Positions 14,276 through 26,510 are shown, numbered from the stretch's first letter. The stretch is 64,000 nucleotides of DNA from an uncultured Clostridia bacterium (GCA_944360115.1 CALVTH010000005.1:413-64412); one strand, 5' to 3'. Notes: generated from the sequence alone by a model not told the origin. Translations and numbers: made by a program.

Positions 14276-15243
14276 AAGACGACGAGAAGAGACCGGGCGG
14301 CGAAAGGTACGCGGAGGATGCGGAAGCGTCCGCGGCACGGGAGAAAGAACCGGGAGAAAACGGCGCGGAGCGCGCGGCGGAAGGCGAAGCGCGCGGGGGA
14401 AACGGCGGGCGCATGGCGCGCGCCAAGGGCGTTGTGAAGGAGCGCGGCAGGTTGCGCGAAAGCGTGGCGGCGTTGGTTTCGCGGGCGGGAAAGGCGGTCC
14501 GTGACGCCGTGTACCCCGAGGATATAACCTGCGATGTCTGCGGGGCGGAGCTGGTCGCAAGGACGAGATACAATCTTTGCGCCGCCTGCACGGAAGAAAT
14601 GCCGTTTATCACGGGACACCGTTGTCTCAACTGCGGTCTGCCCGTCAACGACGAAGCCGACTGGTGCATGAGGTGCATGAACACCGAAAGCGTCTATCTC
14701 GCAAACCGCTCGCCGCTGGTGTACGAGGGCAAGGCGCGTTCGCTGGTTTACGCTTTGAAATTCGGCGGCAGGAAATACATCGCGCGACTGCTCGGCGCGA
14801 TGATGAGCGACACTTTTCTGTCCTGCGGCATGGAAGGCGAGATTATCGTGCCCGTGCCCATGACGGAGAAGGACGAGAAAAAGCGCGGATTCAATCAGTC
14901 GGAATTGCTTGCGCGGGACATAGGCGAGAGGTTGAACATTCCCGTGTTGCCCGCGCTTTCCAAGACCAAGGATACCGCGCCGCAGAAGGAATTGTCGGGC
15001 AGAGCGCGTCGGGAAAATGTCAAGGGCTGTTTCTCGGCGGCGTATGCGGAATATCTCGCGGGGCGCAGGATTCTGTTGGTGGACGACGTGTTCACGACGG
15101 GCGCGACGGCAAACGAGTGCGCTCGCACTTTGCTGAGCGCGGGTGCGGCGAGCGTGTCGGTGCTCACCGCCGCCGTGACCAAACCCCGACTTGCCGTCGA
15201 AAAAGGAGAGGACGGCGCGGTCGAAGTTTTCGACGACCTGTGA
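14272..15243 (+). CDS. comFC: ComF family protein (ComFC-like, zinc-finger plus phosphoribosyltransferase fold)
   Basis: CDVCG..CAAC..CLNCG..CMRC cysteine pairs and the PRT motif ILLVDDVFTTGAT. GTG start overlaps the recD2 stop. The true start could instead be the internal ATG near 14410. Confidence 0.8.
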   Translation: MKDDEKRPGGERYAEDAEASAAREKEPGENGAERAAEGEARGGNGGRMARAKGVVKERGRLRESVAALVSRAGKAVRDAVYPEDITCDVCGAELVARTRYNLCAACTEEMPFITGHRCLNCGLPVNDEADWCMRCMNTESVYLANRSPLVYEGKARSLVYALKFGGRKYIARLLGAMMSDTFLSCGMEGEIIVPVPMTEKDEKKRGFNQSELLARDIGERLNIPVLPALSKTKDTAPQKELSGRARRENVKGCFSAAYAEYLAGRRILLVDDVFTTGATANECARTLLSAGAASVSVLTAAVTKPRLAVEKGEDGAVEVFDDL

Positions 15244-15436
15244 ACTAGTGAGGATAGCCCGCACGGGGCGGGTGCGCGTAAGCGGCGCCCGCGAACGGTC
15301 GGGCGTTGCGGCACGGTTGTGCGGTCGGGCGGCGGGCTTGCGCCGAAACGGATTGCCAATCGGCGCGGAATGTTATATCATATCGGAATGGGAGCGCACG
15401 CCCGCGGACGCGCGGCGCGCGCCGAATGAGGACATA

Positions 15437-18169
15437 ATGGCAAGCATTTTCAACGAAAACGAAAGAAAGGTGCGCAAACTGCGTAAACTTGCGCTCAAGG
15501 TGGACGAACTGGCGGACAAGTACGCCGCGCTTACGGACGAGCAACTCGCCGCCGCCACTCCCGCCCTCAAAGGCAGGCTGGAAAACGGCGAGACTCTCGA
15601 CGACATCATGCCCGACGCTTATGCGGCGGTGCGCGAAGCGGCGTGGCGTGTGCTGGGAATGAAGCCTTTCTTCGTGCAGATAATGGGCGCGATAGCCCTT
15701 CATCAGGGGCGTATCGCCGAGATGGGCACGGGCGAAGGCAAGACTCTCGTCGCCACATTGCCTGCTTATCTCAACGCGCTGACGGGCAAGGGCGTGCACA
15801 TCGTCACCGTCAACGACTATCTCGCCGAGCGCGACGCGGCGTGGATGGGCAAGGTGTACCGTTTCATGGGGCTGTCCGTCGGCGTAATCAAACAGGGCGG
15901 CATGCCCGACGCCAAGCGCGCGGCGTACAACAGCGACATAACCTACTGCACCAACAACGAACTGGGCTTCGACTTCCTGCGCGACAACATGGTGGTCAAG
16001 AAGGAACAGAAGGTGCAGCGCGAACTCAATTTCGCCGTAATCGACGAGGTGGACTCCATTCTCATCGACGAGGCGCGCACCCCGCTCATCATTTCGGGCA
16101 GAGGGGAGAAGTCGAGCGACATCTACAAGCAGGCCGACGCTTTCGCGCGCACGGTCAGGGAGAAAAAGGACGAGGACGGCACGGGCGATTTCGTCATCGA
16201 GGAGAAGGAGAAATCCATTATGCTCACCGACGAGGGCATTGCCAAAGCCGAAAGATATTTCCGCGTCGACAACCTCACCGACATCGACAACACCACGCTC
16301 TATCACCACATCAGGCAGGCTCTCAAGGCGCACTATATGATGAAGCGCGACCGCGATTACATCGTGTCGGACGGCGAGGTGCTCATTGTCGACGAGTTCA
16401 CGGGGCGCGTAATGATAGGCAGGCGCTACAACGAAGGACTGCACCAGGCAATCGAAGCCAAGGAGAGAGTGGCGATCCGCAGCGAGGACAGGACGCTTGC
16501 CACAATCACTTTCCAGAACTTCTTCAGGATGTATTCCAAGCTGTCGGGCATGACGGGCACCGCCAAGACGGAAGAGGAGGAATTCAAGGGCATATACGCC
16601 CTCGATGTCGTCACCATTCCGCCCAACAAGCCCTCCCTCCGCTGCGACGAGCACGACAAAATCTACACCAAGAACAGCGGCAAGCTGAACGCCATAATTG
16701 CCGACATCAAGGAGTGCTACGACAGAGGACAACCCGTCCTCGTCGGCACCGTCAGCGTCGAGAAATCGGAAAAATTGTCCGATATGCTCAAACGGCAGGG
16801 CATAAGGCATTGCGTGCTGAACGCCAAGCACCACAAAGAGGAAGCCGCAATCATCGCGCAGGCGGGCAGATTCAAGTCGGTTACGATAGCCACCAACATG
16901 GCGGGGCGCGGCACGGACATCATGCTGGGCGGCAACCCCGATTACATGGCGCGCGAGAAGATGGAGCGGGGCGTGCGGGCCGAGGACGGCAAGTTCAGAC
17001 AATACGCGCCCGAAATCATCGAAATGGCGACCTCTCCCCACCGTTACGACGACGAGGAAGTCGCCGAAGCCAAGGAACAGTACGGCAGACTGTACGAGCA
17101 GTTCAAGCGGCAGTGCGACGAGGACAAGGAGAAAGTCCTCGAGGCGGGAGGTCTGCGCGTCATAGGCACCGAACGCCACGAAAGCCGCAGAATAGACAAC
17201 CAGTTGCGCGGTCGAAGCGGCCGTCAGGGCGACCCCGGCAGCACGGTTTTCTATGTGTCCATGGAGGACGATGTGGCGAGGATTTTCGGCGGTGACAGGA
17301 TGAAACTCATCGCCGAAGCAATGCATTTCCCCGACAACGAAGCCATATCCAACAAGGTCATCAGCAAGGGCATAGAGCGCGCTCAGAAGAATGTCGAATC
17401 GCGTCATTATTCCATAAGGAAGCAGGTGCTGAGCTACGACGATGTCATCAATGTCCAGCGCGAACTCATCTACAAGGAGCGCGGCAAGGTGCTCGACGGC
17501 ATGGACATTCACGACCAGATACTGTCCATGATAGACTCCCTCGCCGAGGAGATAATCGGCTACTACGCCGACTATAAAGAGGACTACAACAACTGGGATT
17601 ACGCCGCGTTCAACGCCGCCCTCGAACAGCGCATGGGCGTGGAGGAATACGACGAAGCGGGCGAAAAGGTGTCCGTTATGACCCCGGAATTCTGCGCCTG
17701 TTACGATGTGTACAAACTCAAGGATAAGGTGCTGAAAATAGCCCTCGACAACTACGAGAAGAAGATTGCCGCCTGCAAGGAAGAAGGGCTGGATTTCGGC
17801 GATGTCGAAAGGATGATACTTCTCAAGACGGTGGACGCCAAGTGGATGGAGCATGTGGACGCCATGGACGCCCTGCGCAGAGGCATAGGCCTGCGCGGCT
17901 ACGGACAGCGCGACCCCATAATCTCCTACCGCGAAGAGGGCAGGCAGATGTTCGAGGACATGGTGGAGCGCATTCATTCCGAGACGGCAAGTTTGTTGCT
18001 CAGAGTCAATCTGAGAAAGAAGGAGCCCGCGGAGGAGGGCAAAACCCGTCGTCCCGCTGCGCCCGTCGTCAAGACGGTGGTCAACGACGCACGCAAGCCC
18101 GGCAGGAACGACCCCTGTCCCTGCGGGAGCGGAAAGAAGTATAAGAACTGCTGTGGGAGGAACGCGTAA
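15437..18169 (+). CDS. secA: Preprotein translocase ATPase SecA
   Basis: MGTGEGKTLVATLP, DEVDSILIDEARTPLIISG, C-terminal zinc motif CPCGSGKKYKNCCG. ATG 15437 gives the typical N-terminus. Confidence 0.97.
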   Translation: MASIFNENERKVRKLRKLALKVDELADKYAALTDEQLAAATPALKGRLENGETLDDIMPDAYAAVREAAWRVLGMKPFFVQIMGAIALHQGRIAEMGTGEGKTLVATLPAYLNALTGKGVHIVTVNDYLAERDAAWMGKVYRFMGLSVGVIKQGGMPDAKRAAYNSDITYCTNNELGFDFLRDNMVVKKEQKVQRELNFAVIDEVDSILIDEARTPLIISGRGEKSSDIYKQADAFARTVREKKDEDGTGDFVIEEKEKSIMLTDEGIAKAERYFRVDNLTDIDNTTLYHHIRQALKAHYMMKRDRDYIVSDGEVLIVDEFTGRVMIGRRYNEGLHQAIEAKERVAIRSEDRTLATITFQNFFRMYSKLSGMTGTAKTEEEEFKGIYALDVVTIPPNKPSLRCDEHDKIYTKNSGKLNAIIADIKECYDRGQPVLVGTVSVEKSEKLSDMLKRQGIRHCVLNAKHHKEEAAIIAQAGRFKSVTIATNMAGRGTDIMLGGNPDYMAREKMERGVRAEDGKFRQYAPEIIEMATSPHRYDDEEVAEAKEQYGRLYEQFKRQCDEDKEKVLEAGGLRVIGTERHESRRIDNQLRGRSGRQGDPGSTVFYVSMEDDVARIFGGDRMKLIAEAMHFPDNEAISNKVISKGIERAQKNVESRHYSIRKQVLSYDDVINVQRELIYKERGKVLDGMDIHDQILSMIDSLAEEIIGYYADYKEDYNNWDYAAFNAALEQRMGVEEYDEAGEKVSVMTPEFCACYDVYKLKDKVLKIALDNYEKKIAACKEEGLDFGDVERMILLKTVDAKWMEHVDAMDALRRGIGLRGYGQRDPIISYREEGRQMFEDMVERIHSETASLLLRVNLRKKEPAEEGKTRRPAAPVVKTVVNDARKPGRNDPCPCGSGKKYKNCCGRNA

Positions 18170-19278
18170 TGCTGGATTATTTGGAAAAGAAAAATCAGAT
18201 AAAATCGCTGAAAGCGGAGTTGACGCGTGCTTATGAGGGAATAAACCCCGCAAAATTGCGTACCCGCATTGCAGAACTCGAAGAGATACAGAACGCGGAA
18301 GGCTTCTGGAACGATGTCGAAAACGCGCAGAAAGTGTCCAAGGAAATAAGCGTCACGCAGGGCAAACTCGGCAAGTTCGAGAAGTTGCTCGCCGAACTCG
18401 ACGACCTGCTCGAGACGGTTGACATAGTGGAAATGGAAGCCAGCGAGGAGGAGGACGAGAACCTTGTCAAACAGATTGCCGTCTACTCCGAAGCCGTGGA
18501 GAAACTCACACTTTCCACCCTACTGTCGGGCAAGTACGACGCTCTCAACGCCATTCTCACCCTGCACGCGGGGGCGGGCGGCACCGAGGCGCAGGACTGG
18601 TGCGAAATGCTGTACAGAATGTACACGCGCTATGTCGAAAGGTCGGGGTGGAAGTGCACGGAGCTGGATTGTCTCGCCGGCGACGACGCGGGTCTCAAGA
18701 GCGTCACTTTCCGCGTGGAAGGCGACAACGCCTACGGCTATCTCAAGGCGGAAAAGGGCGTGCACAGACTGGTGCGCATTTCGCCCTTCGACAGTCAGGC
18801 GCGCAGACACACTTCCTTCGCATCTCTCGAAGTTATGCCCGAAATCATAGACACATCGGAGATAGAAATCCGTCCCGAGGACCTCAAGGTGGACACCTAC
18901 CGCAGCAGCGGCGCGGGCGGTCAGCATGTCAACAAGACGGAGTCGGCAATCCGCATAACCCACCTGCCCACGGGCATAATCGTGGCGTGCCAGAACGAAC
19001 GCAGCCAGATACAGAACCGCGAAGTGGCAATGCAGATGTTGCGCAGCAAACTCATCGAGCGGCGCGAGCGCGAGCGCGAGGAAGAGGCGGCGGCAATCTC
19101 CGGCAAACTCAAGAAAATAGAGTGGGGCAGCCAGATACGCAGCTATGTTTTTTGCCCGTACACAATGGTCAAGGACCACCGCACGGGTTACGAGACGGGC
19201 AATGTGCAGGCGGTGATGGACGGCGACCTCGACGGCTTCATCGACGAGTATCTCAAGATGAGCACCAGCGCGGAATAA
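18169..19278 (+). CDS. prfB: Peptide chain release factor 2 (uninterrupted frame)
   Basis: SPF motif (ISPFDSQ) and GGQ motif (SGAGGQHVNKTESA). ATG overlaps the secA TAA (TAATG). Confidence 0.95.
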   Translation: MLDYLEKKNQIKSLKAELTRAYEGINPAKLRTRIAELEEIQNAEGFWNDVENAQKVSKEISVTQGKLGKFEKLLAELDDLLETVDIVEMEASEEEDENLVKQIAVYSEAVEKLTLSTLLSGKYDALNAILTLHAGAGGTEAQDWCEMLYRMYTRYVERSGWKCTELDCLAGDDAGLKSVTFRVEGDNAYGYLKAEKGVHRLVRISPFDSQARRHTSFASLEVMPEIIDTSEIEIRPEDLKVDTYRSSGAGGQHVNKTESAIRITHLPTGIIVACQNERSQIQNREVAMQMLRSKLIERREREREEEAAAISGKLKKIEWGSQIRSYVFCPYTMVKDHRTGYETGNVQAVMDGDLDGFIDEYLKMSTSAE

Positions 19279-19398
19279 AGCGGGGAACAAGGCGCGGGAA
19301 AGGGCGCGGAAGCGCGGGCAAATCGCCGCGGAAAACCGCGAAAAGCCGCGCCGAAAAATCCGTTCGCACGGAAATCCGTGCCGTTAGATAGCGTAAAA

Positions 19399-20403
19399 AT
19401 GAAAATTTTGGCGATTGAATCCAGTTGCGACGAGACAGCCGCCGCCGTGGTGGAAAACGGCAGGCGGGTGTTGTCGAACGCCGTCGCTTCGCAGATAGAA
19501 ATACACCGTCGTTTCGGTGGGGTGGTGCCCGAGATAGCCAGCCGCAACCACACCCTTTCCATAGAGGGCGTGGTCAAAAAGGCGCTCGACGACGCGGGTT
19601 GCGCCCGCGACGACATCGACGCCGTCGCCGTCACTTACGGCGCGGGGTTGCTCGGAGCCTTGCTCGTCGGGGTCAATTTCGCAAAAGGGCTGGCGTATGC
19701 GTGGGGCAAACCTCTTTACGCCGTGTCGCACATAAGAGGACACATCGCCGCGAATTACATCGACAGCGACCTCGAGCCGCCTTATGTCTGTCTGCTGGCA
19801 AGCGGCGGGCACACCGCCGTGCTGGAGGTGCGCGGTTACCGCGACCTGCACAGCCTCGGACAGTCGCGCGACGACGCGGCGGGCGAAGCCTTCGACAAGG
19901 CGGCGCGCGTGCTGGGACTGTCTTATCCCGGCGGTCCCGAGATAGAAAAACTGGCGCGCGAGGGCAAGCCTTCCCTGGCAATGCCCCGTCCCGTGTTCAA
20001 ACGGGACGACGCGATATGGTTTTCCTACAGCGGACTCAAAACCTTCGTCGTCAATCTCGTGCACAATTACGAACAGCGCGGCGAGGACATCCCGCGGGCG
20101 GACATCGCGGCGTCTTTCCAGAGCGCGGCGGTGGAGCAGCTGGTGGACGCCGCGGAGACGGCGCTTGCCCGCACGGGTCTCGATACCGTCGCGGTGGCGG
20201 GCGGCGTGAGCGCAAACGCGTATTTGCGCGCTCGGATAAAGGAAAGGGGAGAAGCCAACGGCTGGAAGGTGCGCTATCCCTCTCTCCGTTATTGCACGGA
20301 CAACGCCGCGATGATAGGCGCGGCGGCGTATTTCGAAATCGCGGGAGGGGCTGCGCCCGCTTCTCTCACGCTCGACGCGGCGGCCACGGTGCCTCTCTCC
20401 TGA
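19399..20403 (+). CDS. tsaD: tRNA N6-adenosine threonylcarbamoyltransferase
   Basis: MKILAIESSCDETAAAVV..., GHIAAN, GGVSAN motifs. Confidence 0.93.
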   Translation: MKILAIESSCDETAAAVVENGRRVLSNAVASQIEIHRRFGGVVPEIASRNHTLSIEGVVKKALDDAGCARDDIDAVAVTYGAGLLGALLVGVNFAKGLAYAWGKPLYAVSHIRGHIAANYIDSDLEPPYVCLLASGGHTAVLEVRGYRDLHSLGQSRDDAAGEAFDKAARVLGLSYPGGPEIEKLAREGKPSLAMPRPVFKRDDAIWFSYSGLKTFVVNLVHNYEQRGEDIPRADIAASFQSAAVEQLVDAAETALARTGLDTVAVAGGVSANAYLRARIKERGEANGWKVRYPSLRYCTDNAAMIGAAAYFEIAGGAAPASLTLDAAATVPLS

Positions 20404-20653
20404 AAAGAACGGGGCGCGACGCGTCCGCCGATCGAGAGCGCGCGTGGCAGCACGCGGTGTGCGCCGCGTATGTGCGAGCAGTGCGCGAAGTGCGCGCCGT
20501 ATGTGCGTGCGAAGCGCGGTGCGCGTGAGCGTCGGGCAGGGCGTGCGGAAGCGCGTGAACGGGCGCACTTGTGGGTGCCGTGCGGGCGTGAACGCTACAT
20601 CTTGTTATATAATTTCAGTAAATAAAATTTTTGCCGAAAGGCTTGCAATTCGT

Positions 20654-20682
20654 TTGACATTCAAGACGGCTGTTGATAATAT
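20654..20682 (+). promoter_or_regulatory. Promoter of the L7Ae-rpsL-rpsG-fusA-tuf unit (-35 TTGACA 20654-20659, extended -10 TGaTAATAT 20674-20682)
   Basis: Consensus -35, 17-bp spacer, TG-extended -10, in an AT-rich island after a GC-rich spacer. Confidence 0.6.
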
Positions 20683-20729
20683 GTAAAGGCTTGCGTAAAC
20701 CGCAGGCGGTTTTTAGCTTAGCGAAAAAA

Positions 20730-21026
20730 ATGAGCGACAAAAACGAAATAATCAAATTGCTGAAAATCTCTCCGAAAGTTGTCGGTTCCAAACAGGTTTC
20801 GAGGGGGATTGCCGAGGGGACAGTCGGGTGTGTGATTGTCGCCGAGGACGCCGACCGCGCTTTGAGGAAGAAGCTGGTTGCGGCGGCCGAGATTGCGGGT
20901 GTTGCCGTCGAGTACGCTCCGTCAATGGAGTGGCTGGGCAGGAACAGCGGCATCGAGGTCGGCGCCGCCGCCGTCGGAATCATCGGGACGGAAGGCTCGG
21001 ATACAGATTGCACTTGCAAGGGTTGA
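20730..21026 (+). CDS. Ribosomal protein L7Ae-family protein (YbxF-like)
   Basis: GSKQVSRGIAEG...VIVAEDAD...GIEVGAAAVGII parallels B. subtilis YbxF. Position in front of rpsL is conserved. No clear SD before the ATG. Confidence 0.8.
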   Translation: MSDKNEIIKLLKISPKVVGSKQVSRGIAEGTVGCVIVAEDADRALRKKLVAAAEIAGVAVEYAPSMEWLGRNSGIEVGAAAVGIIGTEGSDTDCTCKG

Positions 21027-21062
21027 GCAGGTACATTCGAAAAAAATCCTACAGGAGGAACT

Positions 21063-21434
21063 ATGCCTACCATCAATCAGCTGATTAAAAAGGGCAGGGA
21101 GAAACAGACCAAAAAGTCCATGACTCCCATCATGGGGCAATGTCCGCAGAAGAGAGGTATCTGCCTCAGCGTGACGACCACCTCTCCGAAGAAGCCGAAT
21201 TCCGCGCTGCGCAAGATAGCGAGGGTTCGTCTGGTCAACGGACAAGAGGGCACCATCTACATCCCCGGTATCGGCCACAATCTGCAGGAGCACAGCGTTG
21301 TGCTTATCAGAGGCGGCAGGGTCAGGGATTTGCCCGGTGTGCGTTATCACATCATACGCGGCACTCTCGACACGGCAGGCGTTGCGAAACGCAAGCAGGC
21401 GAGATCCAAGTACGGCGCGAAACGCCCCAAATAA
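21063..21434 (+). CDS. rpsL: 30S ribosomal protein S12
   Basis: [12 protein letters not shown]...[10 protein letters not shown].... Confidence 0.98.
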   Translation: MPTINQLIKKGREKQTKKSMTPIMGQCPQKRGICLSVTTTSPKKPNSALRKIARVRLVNGQEGTIYIPGIGHNLQEHSVVLIRGGRVRDLPGVRYHIIRGTLDTAGVAKRKQARSKYGAKRPK

Positions 21435-21478
21435 CCAAAACACATCGAATGTTCACACTCAACTTTTAGGAGGTTACT

Positions 21479-21949
21479 ATGCCAAGAAGAAGCGGCGTGC
21501 CCAAGAGAGAGGTTCTGCCCGATCCCGTGTACGGCAGTCAGGTTGTGACCAAGCTCATCAACCAGATAATGCTCGACGGCAAGAAGGGAACGGCCCAGGC
21601 CATCGTCTACGGGGCGTTCGACATCGCGTCGAAGAAACTCGGAGCCGAAGCCATAGACATTTTCAATAAGGCTCTCGAAAATATCATGCCCTCCCTCGAA
21701 GTCAAAGCGAGGAGGGTCGGCGGTTCGACCTATCAGGTTCCTATGGAAATCCGTCCCGCGCGCAGACAAACCCTCGCCATCCGCTGGATGGTGCAATTTG
21801 CGCGCAAACGCGGCGAGAAGACCATGCAGGAAAGACTGGCGGGCGAGCTGATGGACGCTTACAACCTCACCGGCGGCGCAGTCAAGAAGAAGGACGAAAT
21901 GCACCGTATGGCGGAGGCGAACAAGGCGTTCGCACACTACAGGTGGTAA
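21479..21949 (+). CDS. rpsG: 30S ribosomal protein S7
   Basis: [20 protein letters not shown]... Confidence 0.98.
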   Translation: MPRRSGVPKREVLPDPVYGSQVVTKLINQIMLDGKKGTAQAIVYGAFDIASKKLGAEAIDIFNKALENIMPSLEVKARRVGGSTYQVPMEIRPARRQTLAIRWMVQFARKRGEKTMQERLAGELMDAYNLTGGAVKKKDEMHRMAEANKAFAHYRW

Positions 21950-21952
21950 TCT

Positions 21953-24037
<2,085 letters not shown>

Positions 24038-24062
24038 TATATATTCGGTATTATATCGTCGC

Positions 24063-24091
24063 TTGTAATACCTTTATATATTCTCTATAAA
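24063..24091 (+). promoter_or_regulatory. Possible internal promoter in front of tuf (-35 TTGTAA, -10 TATAAA)
   Basis: AT-rich 85-bp fusA-tuf spacer. Hexamers are 17 bp apart but imperfect. Confidence 0.3.
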
Positions 24092-24121
24092 CAACCCAAA
24101 ATCGAATTGGAGGAATTCAAA

Positions 24122-25327
24122 ATGGCAAAACAAAAGTTTGAAAGAACCAAACCCCATGTCAACATCGGCACCATCGGCCATGTTGACCACGGCAAGACCA
24201 CTCTTACTGCTGCCATCACCATGTACTGCGCGTCCAAAGGACAGGCCCAGGTCATGAAGTACGATGAAATCGACAAGGCGCCGGAAGAGAAAGCCAGAGG
24301 CATCACGATCAACACCGCGCATGTCGAGTACGAGACCGCTACCCGTCACTATGCCCATGTCGACTGCCCCGGCCACGCCGACTATGTCAAGAACATGATC
24401 ACCGGCGCTGCTCAGATGGACGGTGCAATCCTCGTCGTCGCAGCTTCCGACGGTCCCATGCCCCAGACCCGTGAGCACATCCTGCTCGCCCGTCAGGTCG
24501 GTGTTCCTTACATTCTCGTTTTCCTGAACAAGTGCGACCAGGTTGACGACGAAGAACTCCTCGAGCTGGTCGAGATGGAAGTCCGCGAACTGCTCACCGA
24601 GTACGGTTTCCCCGGAGACGACACCCCCATCATCCGCGGTTCTGCTCTCAAGGCTATGGAAGCAGGTCTCGCCGGCAAGTGGGACGATCCCGCTCTCAAC
24701 TGCATCCAGGAACTGCTCGACGCCGTCGACAGCTATATCCCCGATCCGCAGCGTGACACCGACAAGCCCTTCCTTATGCCTGTCGAAGATGTCTTCACCA
24801 TCACCGGACGCGGCACCGTCGCCACCGGCAGAGTGGAGCGCGGTATGCTCAAACTCGGCGACAAGGTCGAAATCGTCGGTCTCAGCGACGAGAAGCGCGA
24901 GACGACCGTCACCGGTATCGAAATGTTCCGTAAACTGCTCGACTTCGCAGAGGGCGGCGACAACATCGGCGCACTTCTCCGCGGCGTGCAGAGAAACGAA
25001 ATCGAACGCGGTCAGGTTCTTGCCAAGCCCGGTTCCATTCATCCCCACACCCACTTCACTTCTCAGGTCTATGTTCTGACCAAGGAAGAAGGTGGTCGTC
25101 ACACCCCGTTCTTCGACGGCTATCGTCCTCAGTTCTACTTCAGAACGACGGATGTTACCGGTTCCATCAAACTTCCCGCTGGCGTGGAAATGGTTATGCC
25201 CGGTGACCATATCGACATGGAAATCACCCTCATCACCCCCATCGCTATCGAAGAAGGTCTCCGTTTCGCTATCCGCGAAGGCGGCAGGACCGTCGGTTCC
25301 GGCGTTGTCGCGAAGATAATCGAATAA
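24122..25327 (+). CDS. tuf: Elongation factor Tu
   Basis: [31 protein letters not shown] 24122 follows GGAGG. The tracked TTG at 24107 lies inside the RBS. Confidence 0.98.
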   Translation: MAKQKFERTKPHVNIGTIGHVDHGKTTLTAAITMYCASKGQAQVMKYDEIDKAPEEKARGITINTAHVEYETATRHYAHVDCPGHADYVKNMITGAAQMDGAILVVAASDGPMPQTREHILLARQVGVPYILVFLNKCDQVDDEELLELVEMEVRELLTEYGFPGDDTPIIRGSALKAMEAGLAGKWDDPALNCIQELLDAVDSYIPDPQRDTDKPFLMPVEDVFTITGRGTVATGRVERGMLKLGDKVEIVGLSDEKRETTVTGIEMFRKLLDFAEGGDNIGALLRGVQRNEIERGQVLAKPGSIHPHTHFTSQVYVLTKEEGGRHTPFFDGYRPQFYFRTTDVTGSIKLPAGVEMVMPGDHIDMEITLITPIAIEEGLRFAIREGGRTVGSGVVAKIIE

Positions 25328-25347
25328 GCGTTCTTTCAAACTGTCGC

Positions 25348-25375
25348 TCTGCGCGGCGCGAGTGCGCCGCGCAGG
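25348..25375 (+). terminator. GC-rich hairpin after tuf (no T-tract, so a weak or partial terminator or processing site)
   Basis: CTGCGCGGCGC-GAGT-GCGCCGCGCAG. Confidence 0.35.
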
Positions 25376-25412
25376 GCTGCCTGTTGAGTAACGCGTTAAG
25401 GAGGCAAGTCTA

Positions 25413-25577
25413 ATGGCTCAGAAAGACGCAAGAGTCAGGGTTACGCTCGCGTGCACGGAGTGCAAACAGCGCAACTACAACCTTAAGAAAAACAAGCAGA
25501 AGCATCCCGACAGGATGGAACTTCAGAAATATTGCAGGTTCTGCAAGAAACACACTTTACACAGAGAAACCAAGTAA
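25413..25577 (+). CDS. rpmG: 50S ribosomal protein L33
   Basis: 54-aa ORF below the track cutoff: [64 protein letters not shown]. Confidence 0.93.
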   Translation: MAQKDARVRVTLACTECKQRNYNLKKNKQKHPDRMELQKYCRFCKKHTLHRETK

Positions 25578-25592
25578 AGTGCAGGAGGCAGT

Positions 25593-25970
25593 ATGGCAAA
25601 GAAGAAGGGCGATAACAGCGCAATGAGCGGTGCGGATGTCAGGATGACGGGCGAACTCGAGAAACCCGTTGCTCCCGCCGACCCCACACCCGCCGAGTCG
25701 CAGAAGTCATCCTCCGTCAAGGGGAAACAGTCCGCTGCCAAGAAGTCGGACAAGAAGCCCAACATTTTCCAGCGCATGGGCAAAGGAATCAAGGGCGTCG
25801 TTTCCGAACTCAAGAAGGTGACATGGCCCAAAGGCAAGGATGTCGCGAAATCCACGGCAGTCGTCGTGGTGGTCGTCGTGGCGTTCTTCGTCATCCTGTT
25901 CGGCGTAGACTATGTCCTCACGGGTCTTTACAGTCTCGTGACAGACGGTCAGTGGATATCCATTGTTTAA
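25593..25970 (+). CDS. secE: Preprotein translocase subunit SecE (long hydrophilic N-terminus)
   Basis: C-terminal VVSELKKVTWPKGKDV plus a single TM. Sits between rpmG and nusG. Confidence 0.9.
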   Translation: MAKKKGDNSAMSGADVRMTGELEKPVAPADPTPAESQKSSSVKGKQSAAKKSDKKPNIFQRMGKGIKGVVSELKKVTWPKGKDVAKSTAVVVVVVVAFFVILFGVDYVLTGLYSLVTDGQWISIV

Positions 25971-25982
25971 GAAAGGAACACT

Positions 25983-26510
25983 ATGGAAAGCAAAGAGCAA
26001 GCGCAGTGGTATGTGATTCACACCTATTCGGGTTACGAAGCCATGGTGGAAACCAACCTGCACAATATGGTGGAGAACAACAACCTGCAGGACTACATCT
26101 TCGAGATTAAAATCCCCGTCGAGGACGAGGTGGTCGAGAAGAACGGCAAACGCAAGGTCGTGCAGCGCAAGAAGTTCCCCAGCTATGTGTTCATCAAGAT
26201 GATTTACACCAACCACATCTGGTTCATGGTGACCAACACGCGCGGCGTGACCGGTTTCGTCGGTCCCGCAGGGCGTCCGCTGCCTCTCCGCGACGACGAA
26301 GTCAAGCGTATGGGGCTGGAAGTCATCGAATTCGAGGACCTCGACATCAAGGCGGGCGACAGCGTCAGAGTCATCAGCGGCGCGCTCGAAAACTTCGACG
26401 GCGTTATCGAATCGATCAGCGCCGAGAGACAGAAAGTCAAAGTGGTCATCTCTATGTTCGGCAGGGATACGCCCGTCGAACTCGACTTCTCACAGGTCGA
26501 AAAACTGTGA
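25983..26510 (+). CDS. nusG: Transcription termination/antitermination factor NusG
   Basis: WYVIHTYSGYE..., KOW region GDSVRVISGALENFDGVI. Confidence 0.96.
   Translation: MESKEQAQWYVIHTYSGYEAMVETNLHNMVENNNLQDYIFEIKIPVEDEVVEKNGKRKVVQRKKFPSYVFIKMIYTNHIWFMVTNTRGVTGFVGPAGRPLPLRDDEVKRMGLEVIEFEDLDIKAGDSVRVISGALENFDGVIESISAERQKVKVVISMFGRDTPVELDFSQVEKL

Noticed and set aside
15245-18253. 1002-aa ORF antisense to secA. Similar cases: 21347..23977 antisense to fusA, 9867..10823 antisense to rpoC, 55231..56733 antisense to rnfC, 59973..61037, 60778..61665, 62555..63925
   Set aside because: All are mirror frames of well-supported genes, with no RBS and no motifs. High-GC artefacts.
18169-18300. Looked for the programmed +1 frameshift site (CUU UGA C near codon 25) typical of prfB
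   Set aside because: The RF2 frame is continuous from ATG 18169 with a normal N-terminus and no in-frame UGA. This lineage apparently belongs to the minority of bacteria without prfB autoregulatory frameshifting.
20444-20600. Considered whether the GTGCGCG-rich repeats are a degenerate CRISPR array or a minisatellite
   Set aside because: There is no regular repeat-spacer periodicity, no repeats of 24-40 bp and no cas genes. It is reported only as a low-complexity spacer.
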